The translations under genes were made by a program, and so were the position numbers. Of a stretch of 64,000 nucleotides of DNA, positions 9,802 through 19,071 are shown in pieces; positions within the stretch are counted from its first letter, which is position 1, and every line of letters begins with the position of its first letter. Under the pieces are notes generated by a model. The model ran no database searches and was not told the DNA's origin. It saw nothing but the letters and a program-made list of their open reading frames with translations. This stretch comes from Candidatus Acidiferrum sp. (GTDB lineage Bacteria > Acidobacteriota > Terriglobia > Acidiferrales > UBA7541), in the NCBI GenBank assembly GCA_035314345.1, contig DATFZQ010000068.1, forward strand, positions 7,765 to 71,764. The letters are read 5' to 3'.

Positions 9802-10521
9802 ATTCCTGGCGCAGGCAAACTACTAGTTGGGGCTTCTGGATACTCCTATAAAGAGTGGAAGGGAAATTTTTATCCTGAAAAGCTGCCGGACAAGGAGATG
9901 CTAAGCTTCTACGCCAAGCAGTTTTCCACGGTAGAGATCAATCACAGTTTCTATCGGATGCCCACCGAGTCTGCCCTATCCAACTGGGCGAAAAGCGTCC
10001 CCGAAGGTTTTCGTTTCGCGCTGAAGGCCAATCAGCAAATCACGCACATAAAGCGGCTCCGTGACTGCGAAAGCTCGCTGAAACGTTTCCTGGAAGTCGC
10101 CAGCATTTTCAATGATGGCGACCACCTCGGCCCCATCCTCATACAACTCCCGCCCACCTTCAAATTCGATCGCCCACTGCTCGAAGATTTTCTCGCCCTC
10201 CGGCCGCCCGCGTTTCTCTTCGCCTTCGAAGTGCGTCATCCGTCCTGGTACACCGACGAAACCTACGCCACCCTTCGCCGGCACCAAACGGCCCTCTGCC
10301 TCTCCGAAACGGAAAAGCAAACTCCCCCCGACGTAATCACCGCCCCTTTCACCTACGCCCGCCTGCGTCTCGAACACTACACGCCCAAGCAGCTGAAAGC
10401 CTGGAGGCAGCGCTTCGATGCCTGGCTCGCGCAAGGCATCGATGTCTACGTCTATCTCAAACACGAAGACGCCGGCAAAGCGCCAGCCTACGCCCGCCAA
10501 CTCCTCGGAATAACAACCTAA
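9802..10521 (+). CDS. DUF72 (YecE-like TIM barrel) protein with apparent ATT start
   Basis: Conserved N-terminus VGASGYSYKEWKGNFYP lies in frame upstream of ATG 9898; VEINHSFY, FALKA, QLPP, FEVRH, YARLR; GGAGGT 5 nt before ATT 9802. Confidence 0.8.
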   Translation: MPGAGKLLVGASGYSYKEWKGNFYPEKLPDKEMLSFYAKQFSTVEINHSFYRMPTESALSNWAKSVPEGFRFALKANQQITHIKRLRDCESSLKRFLEVASIFNDGDHLGPILIQLPPTFKFDRPLLEDFLALRPPAFLFAFEVRHPSWYTDETYATLRRHQTALCLSETEKQTPPDVITAPFTYARLRLEHYTPKQLKAWRQRFDAWLAQGIDVYVYLKHEDAGKAPAYARQLLGITT

Positions 10522-10631
10522 AAGAAAAAGGCGATCTCTGGGCCGATTTTTGGAAGAAACGTCAGAGACTAGAAGACGCCGTCGAGCTTCTCAGCGAACG
10601 TATGGCCTCGAAGACGAAGAAGACGCCCTGA
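10518..10631 (+). pseudogene. ligD: Orphan duplicate of ligD 3' end (repeat copy 2)
   Basis: Encodes LKEKGDLWADFWKKRQRLEDAVELLSERMASKTKKTP*, matching the LigD C-terminus. Confidence 0.85.
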
Positions 10632-10883
10632 TCGGTGATCGACTATCGAACAAGCCCCAAAACCATCGGCAAACCGCACTGAGGCGTTTGCCTTCCCCTA
10701 CTCGGCAGCCCCGAGCCAACGCGAACCCTATTGCACGCCAGGCAACCGATTCCTCATTCCTGGCAAATCCCGACCCCAGTGCATCAAACTCGTATCAGCC
10801 GTGGAGGACGGCTACCCACCCTGCCCGCGTCCCGTTCGGCTGCGCACTTCAACTCTCATGCGCGCTCGAAAGGACCTATCTCT

Positions 10884-11387
10884 ATGAAACGCCTGCTCAT
10901 ACTTAGCTTGGGGCTGTTCCTGTTCGCCGTACCGTCGCGCGCCCAGTCCTCCGCCGACGCTTCCATTGGCTACTCTTACTTCCACCTGGGAGGCGGCGCA
11001 GACCTCAGCCAGAACGGCGTCAGTGGTTCAATCGCCTACAATCCCATCCCCTACCTGGGTATCGTCGGCGACTTTGGCGGCTACCACGCCTCTCCCGGCG
11101 GTGTTTCGCTGAACACTTACACGTTTATGTTTGGCCCGCGGATCAACTTGCACAACCCCACCAAGGTCACTCCATTTGTTCAGTTCCTGGCTGGTGCCGG
11201 GCATTTAACTTTCGGCAACGGCGGCGGCTCCAATACCAACTTTGCGTATAGCGTTGGCGGCGGAGTGGATTTGGGCGTTCTGCCTCATCTGGCATTGCGC
11301 CCGCAACTCGACTACGTTGGCCTGCATAATTCCGGCGGCACAGCCAATTGCACGCGGCTCTCGCTCAGCGCCGTCGTCCACTTCTGA
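10884..11387 (+). CDS. Small outer-membrane beta-barrel protein
   Basis: Signal peptide MKRLLILSLGLFLFAVPSRA; alternating beta strands; C-terminal Phe (VVHF). Confidence 0.8.
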   Translation: MKRLLILSLGLFLFAVPSRAQSSADASIGYSYFHLGGGADLSQNGVSGSIAYNPIPYLGIVGDFGGYHASPGGVSLNTYTFMFGPRINLHNPTKVTPFVQFLAGAGHLTFGNGGGSNTNFAYSVGGGVDLGVLPHLALRPQLDYVGLHNSGGTANCTRLSLSAVVHF

Positions 11388-11435
11388 CGCCGCACCAAAC
11401 AGAGCGATCGAAGGTATCCGAACTGGAGTGTCAAG

Positions 11436-11463
11436 GGGAGGGTCGATTTTCTTCGACCCTCCC
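11436..11463. terminator. Hairpin between convergent genes
   Basis: GGGAGGGTCGA-TTTTCT-TCGACCCTCCC, perfect 11-bp stem; no long U tract. Confidence 0.5.
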
Positions 11464-11506
11464 AGTATTTCAACGCACACCGCAATCCCATTTTTGAAAA
11501 TAGCGC

Positions 11507-12271
11507 CTATGCTTTGGCTGCATACGCACGAAGCGTCGCCGCGCTCAGCAATGACGCAGACCCATCATCCAAATAAACCGTCGCCGCCGCATGCGTCCGC
11601 AATATCGAAGCGGGAGCCATCGGACCGATTTCCCCCTCGAAGCAAAGCCTCACAGCCTCCGCCTTTCGCGCATCCGGCACAACGACAAGAATCTCTCGCG
11701 CCTTCATGATTTGGCGCACCGACATGGAAATGGCCTGCCGCGGAACTTCTGAAATATCCGCGAACCATCCCTCGCCCACCTGTTGTCGCCGGCACGCTTC
11801 ATCGAGTTCGACGATCAGATACGGCTCCTCACTCTCGAAATCGGCGGGAGGATCGTTAAACGCCAAGTGCCCGTTTTCTCCGATACCCACAAACGCAATA
11901 TCAATCGGCGCGGCGTTCAAGCTCTCGCCCGTCCGCAGCGCAACTTCGCGCGCATCACCTTCGCCGTCGAGCAAGTGATACTTCGTAATCCCAGTTTTCT
12001 GAATGAAATTCTTAAGCAGGTAGTTGCGAAAGCTGGCTGGGTGGGCAATCGGCAATCCGATGTACTCATCAAGGTGAAACATTTCGACTCGCTGCCAGTC
12101 GATGTCTTCTCTCTTGGTTAGCGCATCCAAAAATTCCAACTGCGATGCTCCCGTCGCAACGACAATTCGCGCCAGCCCACGCTGAAGGATAGCGCCGCGC
12201 AAAGCAGCCGCGGCCTGCTCTGCCGCAGATCGGCTGAGAGCGAGCTTGTCTTTGAACACACTTATAATCAC
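11507..12271 (-). CDS. nagB: Glucosamine-6-phosphate deaminase family protein
   Basis: [35 protein letters not shown]; GTG 12271 with AAGGAG SD. Confidence 0.8.
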   Translation of the reverse strand: MIISVFKDKLALSRSAAEQAAAALRGAILQRGLARIVVATGASQLEFLDALTKREDIDWQRVEMFHLDEYIGLPIAHPASFRNYLLKNFIQKTGITKYHLLDGEGDAREVALRTGESLNAAPIDIAFVGIGENGHLAFNDPPADFESEEPYLIVELDEACRRQQVGEGWFADISEVPRQAISMSVRQIMKAREILVVVPDARKAEAVRLCFEGEIGPMAPASILRTHAAATVYLDDGSASLLSAATLRAYAAKA

Positions 12272-12611
12272 CGCCGGTTCTCCTTTGCAGCTATCAGAAT
12301 CATTGCGATCGAATGTGCTCGCATCATCCTCAATTGGCACCCCTTGTTCAGCCTACGTCATCAGGTCAGTTCTCCGCATCTCCTTTGACCTAGGCAGCGA
12401 AGAGCCTTGAGCCCTGCAGGACGATGGCCGAAAAATAATCTGAAATTAAACGGCGAAAGTGTTCGAAACATGACATTAGTCCATTCTCTTTCTGACTAGT
12501 GTGGTGTCTGCGCATTGCCTCCCTCCGCGAAGGAGTCTCCTCAACTCGAACTCGCATCTTCGAGGTACCAGCTGCAAATCGAAGCAAGTCTGAACCAAAG
12601 GAGAAATACAA

Positions 12612-13193
12612 ATGTCATCTAAAAAAGTAGGGGTATTTGGCATTTACTCGACGCGTATCTCTGTCGAGAACGCTACAGGCGCACTCGTCAAAGCCGGCTT
12701 TCCTGTTTCTGATGTCTCCGTACTTCTGCCCGAGGGTCTTGGCGTGCCCAAGGAAATGGGCACGGAAAAGGCCTCGAAAGCTCCGGAAGGCACAGCTGCA
12801 GGGGTGGCGACCGGAGGCGTGATTGGTGGAGCTTTGGGAGTGCTGCTTGGCGTTGGCCTTCTGGCAATCCCAGGTCTTGGCCCATTCATCGCAGCAGGTC
12901 CGATCATGGCTGGTCTGGCAGGATTGGGCGTCGGCGGGGCAGTTGGCGGTTTCACTGGTGCCTTGATCGGCATGGGCATCCCCGAATTCGAAGCCAAGCG
13001 GTACGAAGGCCGATTGAAGAAGGGCGGAATTCTTCTCTCCGTGCATTGCGATACTTCGGGAGAAATCATGCGTGCCAAGGAAGTTCTCAAGGCCACGGGC
13101 GGAGAGCATGTTTCCTCCACCGGCGAAGCTTCCGTTGACAGCAAGCAACCAGACCGCGAACTTGCCGCCAAGGGAACAACCGGCTCGTATTAA
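12612..13193 (+). CDS. General stress / DUF3341-like membrane protein
   Basis: Gly-rich hydrophobic core LAIPGLGPFIAAGPI..GMGIPEFEAKRYE..GGILLSVHC. Confidence 0.8.
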   Translation: MSSKKVGVFGIYSTRISVENATGALVKAGFPVSDVSVLLPEGLGVPKEMGTEKASKAPEGTAAGVATGGVIGGALGVLLGVGLLAIPGLGPFIAAGPIMAGLAGLGVGGAVGGFTGALIGMGIPEFEAKRYEGRLKKGGILLSVHCDTSGEIMRAKEVLKATGGEHVSSTGEASVDSKQPDRELAAKGTTGSY

Positions 13194-13322
13194 TCCAAAG
13201 GGAGGAAGTCAAATCTCGGCCGCCTCTTTTTTTTCTCAAAGACAATCCCGGAAGTGGCACCAGCATTCAGCAAGGTCTCGAAGATGATTCTATTAAGAAG
13301 CCTGCCATAAAGGACGGAGACG

Positions 13323-13592
13323 ATGAGCCACAATAAATGGTCCAACAAATACACCACATTTGCCGTGGGAATTGGAGTAGGCGCGCTTCTCGCGCTGCTG
13401 TTTGCGCCATCCTCAGGAGAGGAGACGCGCGACTATATCTCCAGCACTGTGAAAAAAGGGATAGATGATGCGGCATCGACCGGAAAGCGGTGGAAGCGTC
13501 GCGCACAAGAGACCGTGGACGACGTGAAATCCACTGTAGCTGGCGCGGTTGAAGCGGGCCAGGAAGCTTATCGTAGCGTGAGAGACGCCTAG
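13323..13592 (+). CDS. YtxH domain protein
   Basis: GIGVGALLALLFAPSSGEETR signature. Confidence 0.85.
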   Translation: MSHNKWSNKYTTFAVGIGVGALLALLFAPSSGEETRDYISSTVKKGIDDAASTGKRWKRRAQETVDDVKSTVAGAVEAGQEAYRSVRDA

Positions 13593-13695
13593 TCTTTCGT
13601 CGGTCGGGCTGGTCCAGGCGAAGACGTCCCAGTCGTAACAAGCGCGGCAAGCGCGCACGTCGGCAAGTAACAAGCCGAGCGCGGCCGACCTCGGT

Positions 13696-15174
13696 CTACA
13701 TTCTTGCTGGCGCGACCTTGGGCATTTTGTTATTCCGCGGTACGGGCAGTTTTCCGTCGGCGGCGCTAGTCAGAGCGATGAATTGCGGATCTTCGCGGAG
13801 AGACGCAAACACAGCATCAACGCGGGCTTCCATCATTTCCTTTGAGCGCACCGCTTCGTAGCGCTCGTATTCAAAGAAATGCCTCTTGAGCAGTTCCAGA
13901 GCTTTTTGCTTTTGCCCGAGCTGTGCATAAATGGCGGCAAGGTTGTAGGAAGCAGGCAGCATCCCCTCGTTTTCCTGCGCAATTTTCAACGCTTCGTCGC
14001 CATGACCGTTGCCGGCGAGGAACGCGGCGGCGAAGACCAGATTGTATGGATCGGTTGGATCGAGCTTCGTGGCTTCGCGCGTGTAGTAGTCAGCTTTGGC
14101 GGCATTACCTTCGGAGTTCCAATAGACGGCAAGATTGCGGTACGCCAGCGCCAGTGGATATTCACGCACGGAATCTTCCATCAGATGCAAGCCTGCAAGA
14201 AAGTCGCTTTCGTGGATGGTCATCTTACCGAGGCCATGGAGTGCTACAGCACGCGATAGTGGGTCGGCAGGCATGTCGAGAATGGCCTGAAATGTCACGC
14301 GCGCCTTATCCCAATCGCCGAGGTGATGGCGGTAGAGTTCTCCAAGATAACGAAGCGGGGCCGGATCGGCGGGATCCATGCGGCGCGCTTCGTTATAGAG
14401 ACGTTCGGCCTCTTCGTATTTGTCGTTCATCTCCGCGGCAAGACCGCGCTTCATGACGGTCTCGATTTTGGCGCTCTGGACGGGATTCATGACTGGGGCG
14501 TCAAAAAGCTTAACGGTGGCATCGACGCCAAGCTTTTTCAGTTCTTTCGCCGCGTCCTTCGCTTTGCCTGGGAAAAGACATTTCTCAACGAGCACCGATT
14601 TGTACAAAGGGATCGCGCCTTCTTTGTCCCCCGACTTGGCCTTTTCCTTGGCCGCTTTGAGCTCGTTCTTAACGGCCTCTTCGCGCAGCTTCATTTCGGA
14701 TTCCACGAGCTTTTCGACATCATCGACTTTCAGGAATCCGCTGTTGTTCTGGAGCTTGTTGATGACTGTCCCGTCTGTTTTCGCGAGTACGACCACCGGA
14801 AGTCTATCTGCGCCGACGAACTTTTGGCCCAGAGTGGAGCTGGCCTCAGCGACGCCCATCGTGACGCACTCCGTCGCGTACAGAGATAGGCTTCGCGAAT
14901 TGCGCAAGCTGGATTTCTGAAACTCTTGTACAGAGGAAGGAAACCAGTACACAACGAGTCCGCCAGGAGTAAGCGCATTTTCTGGTTTGAGAATTTTCCA
15001 GGGAACTTGGTAGACCTGCTCGCTGCCCATGCCTGGAGCGCCAGGAGCGCCGCCGCCGCTTCTCATACCGCCCATTCCACCGCCACCGCCGCCGCCGCAT
15101 GTAGCCCAGTCTGGAGCAGGCAACAGAAGAAGGACCATGAAGAGTGCACTCAATCGGGAAATCTGTTCTCTCAT
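13696..15174 (-). CDS. Exported TPR protein with N-terminal Cys/Gly-rich segment
   Basis: Signal peptide, TCGGGGGGGMGGM, several TPR-like repeats in the C-terminal half; GAGGTG SD before ATG 15174. Confidence 0.75.
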   Translation of the reverse strand: MREQISRLSALFMVLLLLPAPDWATCGGGGGGGMGGMRSGGGAPGAPGMGSEQVYQVPWKILKPENALTPGGLVVYWFPSSVQEFQKSSLRNSRSLSLYATECVTMGVAEASSTLGQKFVGADRLPVVVLAKTDGTVINKLQNNSGFLKVDDVEKLVESEMKLREEAVKNELKAAKEKAKSGDKEGAIPLYKSVLVEKCLFPGKAKDAAKELKKLGVDATVKLFDAPVMNPVQSAKIETVMKRGLAAEMNDKYEEAERLYNEARRMDPADPAPLRYLGELYRHHLGDWDKARVTFQAILDMPADPLSRAVALHGLGKMTIHESDFLAGLHLMEDSVREYPLALAYRNLAVYWNSEGNAAKADYYTREATKLDPTDPYNLVFAAAFLAGNGHGDEALKIAQENEGMLPASYNLAAIYAQLGQKQKALELLKRHFFEYERYEAVRSKEMMEARVDAVFASLREDPQFIALTSAADGKLPVPRNNKMPKVAPARM

Positions 15175-15497
15175 AACGCCCACCTCAATTTCGCAATAAA
15201 GTTAGAACAATTACATACTTAGGCTGCATCACCGAGCAGCCCTATTTGCTTGTGTTCGATGCGGCGTTTGGGGTGAAACGCCGTATGTTGCCCGAATTGT
15301 ACGACGGGTAGGCGCATCCACGCAGTATCGAATGACAGTCATCAAAATCAAGGCTCGTCAGAGCACGCGCGCCTTGCCTCTCGCGACTAACTAGTGCAGT
15401 TCCCGGCTCGCAAAATTCCCCCGTGCTATACTGCCGCCCGTTTGCGCGAAAGAATTTCCCAGCTCAGCACGCGGAACGGCGGGAGGCGGGCAAGCTC

Positions 15498-17099
15498 TTG
15501 ATCACTTTGCCGGAAACATTCAACGTCGCCACGCATTTCGTGGACCGCAACGTCCAGGAAGGCCGCGGCGCCAAAGTCGCCATCGAGTGCGGCGACGAGC
15601 GGGTCACCTACCAGGAACTGCTGGAAAATACCAACCGCGTTGGCAATGCCCTGCTCGCGCTCGGCGTCCGCGCAGAAGAGCGCGTTCTTCTTTTGCTCCT
15701 GGACACTCCGGAATTCCTCTACTCCTTTTTCGGAGCAATCAAGATTGGGGCCGTCGCAGTTCCCGTCAATACACAAGCGAAACCCCAAGACTACGAATAC
15801 ATCCTCAACGATTGCCGCGCTCGTGTCGCTCTGGTCAGCGAACCTCTACAGCCACATCTACAATCCATTCCGAACGAAAAGCTCCGCTATTTGAAAGAAA
15901 TCGTGGTTAGCGAAGTGAAACAGGATCTCCCATCACAGGGTCGACGCTCGCACAGTCATCACTCTTTGCAAAATCTGATGGCTTCCGCCTCTCCAGAATT
16001 GTCAGCCGCGCACACCAGCAAAGACGAACCCGCGTTCTGGCTCTACTCCTCCGGAAGCACTGGCGCCTCCAAGGGTTGCGTCCATCTTCATCACGACATG
16101 GTCGTTTGCTGCGAGCTGTACGCTAAAGGCATCTTGCAAATGAAAGAGAGCGACCGCTGCTTCAGTGTCGCGCGATTGTTTTTTGCCTACGGCCTCGGAA
16201 ATGCAGGCTACTTCCCCTTCGGCTGCGGTGCGACAACGATTCTTTCTCCCTTGCGTCCCGTCCCCGCCACGATTTACGCCGATATTGAACGTTACCGTCC
16301 AACGCTCTTTTTTTCTGTGCCTACAAATTTTGCCGCTCTGCTGGCGTATCACCGCGAAGATGCGCGCGAATTCGACTTCTCCAGCGTCCGTCACGCGATC
16401 TCCGCAGGCGAATCGCTTCCCGCGCCGTTGTTCCATCGATTCAAAGAACGCTTCGGCGTCGAAATTCTAGACTCGCTCGGCTCCACGGAAACTTTGCAAA
16501 TGGTCATCGCCAACCGCCCGGGCGAAGCGAGGCCCGGATCCAGCGGAAAAATCATTCCCGGCTACGAAGCCCGAATCGTCGACGAGCGTGGCAATGACGT
16601 CGCTCCTAACGAAATTGGCGATCTCCTGATCAAGGGAGACTCGACTTGTTCCGGTTACTGGAACAAACACGAAAAGACGAAGGAAACTTTTGTGGGCGAC
16701 TGGTTCCGTACCGGCGACAAATATTTCCAGGATGAGGAGGGCTACTTTTGGTATGCGGGGCGCTCGAACGATGTTTTCAAAGTTCACGGCCTCTGGCTGA
16801 GTCCCGCGGAAGTCGAGAGCGTTTTAATCGAGCATCCAGCGGTGCGCGAAGCCGCAGTCGTGGCGCGCGAAGATCAGGATGGCCTAACCAAAGCGGCTGC
16901 TTATGTGGTCTTGAACGCCGAGTTTACGCCGAGCGAAGAATTATCAAATGAATTGCAAGAATTGGTCGGACAAAGAATCGGCGGATACAAGCGGCCTCGT
17001 TGGATTGAATTTCTGACCGAAATCCCCAAGACAGCCACGGGAAAACTCCAGAGATTCAAGCTCCGAGAACTGCAAGATCAGCAAGCCCAAGATGCTTAA
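15498..17099 (+). CDS. Benzoate/hydroxybenzoate-CoA ligase family protein
   Basis: FWLYSSGSTGASKG P-loop, LFFAYGLGN, GSTE, RTGDKY, PKTATGKLQRF; TTG with GGAGG SD; flanks box genes. Confidence 0.9.
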   Translation: MITLPETFNVATHFVDRNVQEGRGAKVAIECGDERVTYQELLENTNRVGNALLALGVRAEERVLLLLLDTPEFLYSFFGAIKIGAVAVPVNTQAKPQDYEYILNDCRARVALVSEPLQPHLQSIPNEKLRYLKEIVVSEVKQDLPSQGRRSHSHHSLQNLMASASPELSAAHTSKDEPAFWLYSSGSTGASKGCVHLHHDMVVCCELYAKGILQMKESDRCFSVARLFFAYGLGNAGYFPFGCGATTILSPLRPVPATIYADIERYRPTLFFSVPTNFAALLAYHREDAREFDFSSVRHAISAGESLPAPLFHRFKERFGVEILDSLGSTETLQMVIANRPGEARPGSSGKIIPGYEARIVDERGNDVAPNEIGDLLIKGDSTCSGYWNKHEKTKETFVGDWFRTGDKYFQDEEGYFWYAGRSNDVFKVHGLWLSPAEVESVLIEHPAVREAAVVAREDQDGLTKAAAYVVLNAEFTPSEELSNELQELVGQRIGGYKRPRWIEFLTEIPKTATGKLQRFKLRELQDQQAQDA

Positions 17100-17116
17100 T
17101 AGCTTTCGCCGAGCCC

Positions 17117-18694
17117 TTAAGAATAAAAAAGGCTTGTATCGGCGGACAAACCCGCGAGATCAGAGGTGTAAGCCGCCGGGCCTTGCACGACAAAACGCCG
17201 ATGATAGAGTAGCAACGCGCGCAACCCGGCAAGCTCTTCGCCGCCGCCGGCTCTTCCCGGGCCGCCGTGGAGGCAACTCGGCACAACATTGCCGTGCCCG
17301 GTGAACTGGGTGCCGACGCTGGAATCAACAATCATGATACGGCCGTGCAAATCGCCGATGCCAAGCACAACACTTTGGAGAAAAGCAGGATCGTTCGCAA
17401 AAATCGAAGCGACGAGTGAACCAAGTCCGCGCCGTGCAATCGCGATGAGATCTTCGAAACTGTCGTATGCAACCAATGTCGCCACTGGGCCGAAAACTTC
17501 AATGTCATGTACGAATTTCGCATCGAGGCCTTTTTCACAAGCGAGCAACGTCGGCTGCACGAATGCGGATTTCTGCGCATCGGCATCGATCGGCTGAAAA
17601 TTTTCGTCACCGCCAAAAAGGACCTCGCATTCTTCTTTCAATTTTCTCAGCCCCTCGAGACAGGCCGTTTGCTGCGCTTTGTTCACGACGGGTCCGACTC
17701 GCACTTCCGCGTTTCGCGGATTGCCCACTTTCATGGAACTCAACCGCGTGATGATCGCGTCGCCAAGCGCTTTCATGTGTGGCTGCGGAACAAGTACGCG
17801 GCGGATCGCGGTGCATTTCTGTCCCGCTTTCAGAGTCATCTCGCGCACAACTTCTTTAACGAGCAGTTCGAACAAATCCGTCCCGGGAGCGGCGTCCGGT
17901 CCGAGAATCGTGGAGTTGATGCTATCGGCTTCGATGTTGACGCGAACCGAGCGCCGCAAAACATTTTGATTCGAGCGAATGCGCGCAGCCGTGTCTGCCG
18001 AGCCCGTGAAGGAAACAATGTCGCTTTCGTCGACTTGATCTAGAATGACGCGCGCGGAGCCACAGAGAATCGAGATTGCGCCTGGCGGCAGAATATTTGC
18101 CTTCACGATGTCTTCAACAATTCGGTGAGCCAGCCACGCCGTCGGCGAAGCGGGCTTGACCACAATGGGCACGCCGGAGAGCAACGCGGGCGCGGCTTTT
18201 TCGCACACGCCCCAAGCCGGAAAATTGAACGCGTTGATAAAAACCGCAACGCCTTTTGTTGGCAATAAGAAATGCTGCCCAACAAAAACGCCCGTCTTCG
18301 AAATAGAAACCGGGACGCCTTCCTTCAACATTTTTCCGTCAGCGAGGGCCTGGCCGATTTTTGCGTAATATTTCATCGTGTAAATTGCGCCGTCGACGTC
18401 GAATGAGGCGTCGGCTTGGTTCGCGCCCAAATTGAGCAGAGAAATTCGAAAGTATTCGTCGCGATTTGCGGCCAGCGTCTCAGCGATTTTGCCGAGCAGG
18501 TCCGCGCGCTGTCGATAGGTCATCGCCCGAAGTGCTGGGCCGCCGTTCGAACGAGCAAACTCGAGAGCTGCTTTCACGTCGACGCCCTGTGAGGAAATTC
18601 GTGCTAATTCCTCGCCGGTGACCGGGTCGACGAGCGGCTCGCCTCCGCCCGTTCCTTCTTTCCATTGGCCAGATACATAGTTTGACAGCTTCAT
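17117..18694 (-). CDS. boxD: 3,4-dehydroadipyl-CoA semialdehyde dehydrogenase
   Basis: PaaZ-type ALDH motifs INAFNFPAWG, SFTGSA, EADSIN, KAGQKCTAIRR, HGGPGRAGGGEEL; no MaoC domain; box context. Confidence 0.88.
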   Translation of the reverse strand: MKLSNYVSGQWKEGTGGGEPLVDPVTGEELARISSQGVDVKAALEFARSNGGPALRAMTYRQRADLLGKIAETLAANRDEYFRISLLNLGANQADASFDVDGAIYTMKYYAKIGQALADGKMLKEGVPVSISKTGVFVGQHFLLPTKGVAVFINAFNFPAWGVCEKAAPALLSGVPIVVKPASPTAWLAHRIVEDIVKANILPPGAISILCGSARVILDQVDESDIVSFTGSADTAARIRSNQNVLRRSVRVNIEADSINSTILGPDAAPGTDLFELLVKEVVREMTLKAGQKCTAIRRVLVPQPHMKALGDAIITRLSSMKVGNPRNAEVRVGPVVNKAQQTACLEGLRKLKEECEVLFGGDENFQPIDADAQKSAFVQPTLLACEKGLDAKFVHDIEVFGPVATLVAYDSFEDLIAIARRGLGSLVASIFANDPAFLQSVVLGIGDLHGRIMIVDSSVGTQFTGHGNVVPSCLHGGPGRAGGGEELAGLRALLLYHRRFVVQGPAAYTSDLAGLSADTSLFYS

Positions 18695-18805
18695 TTGGAA
18701 TCCTCCGCTAGGGTGCGACGCCGGTTCGAATCTTTGCACAATTCGACGCTAGGGCGAAATCCAGGGAGATTCGAGTGCGAGAAGTGGAAATGCTATCACA
18801 CCACC

Positions 18806-18819
18806 AGCACAATAGTGCA
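18806..18819. promoter_or_regulatory. Putative BoxR operator 1
   Basis: AGCA-CAATAG-TGCA, one mismatch from TGCA-N6-TGCA, in the boxD/boxR divergent region. Confidence 0.55.
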
Positions 18820-18985
18820 TATTCTTGGGTCGAGATTGGTTTGCAGCAGGGCAAGAGTCGATTTCCAATTGTGAAGTAAAACTTTTATTTACAATATCTT
18901 ATAGGAAAGACCGGATAAGAAGTTCGAAGGTGTTGAGGCAATACGTCCAAGTCACGTTCTTCTGCTTGACCATGAGGCGAGCACA

Positions 18986-18999
18986 TGCGGTATACTGCA
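18986..18999. promoter_or_regulatory. Putative BoxR operator 2, overlapping a TATACT -10 box
   Basis: TGCG-GTATAC-TGCA, followed by another TGCA. Confidence 0.5.
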
Positions 19000-19071
19000 G
19001 GTGCAGTTCCAGACTATATATCCAACGTGCAAACCACTACCCATGCAAAAGAGTCTGGCAGCCAATGCGTA

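Noticed and set aside
3096-15320. Recurring GCATC upstream of stress-type genes as an ECF promoter element
   Set aside because: A 5-mer is too short to separate from chance without motif statistics
17117-18694. paaZ (phenylacetate pathway)
   Set aside because: No C-terminal MaoC hydratase domain, and the context is box
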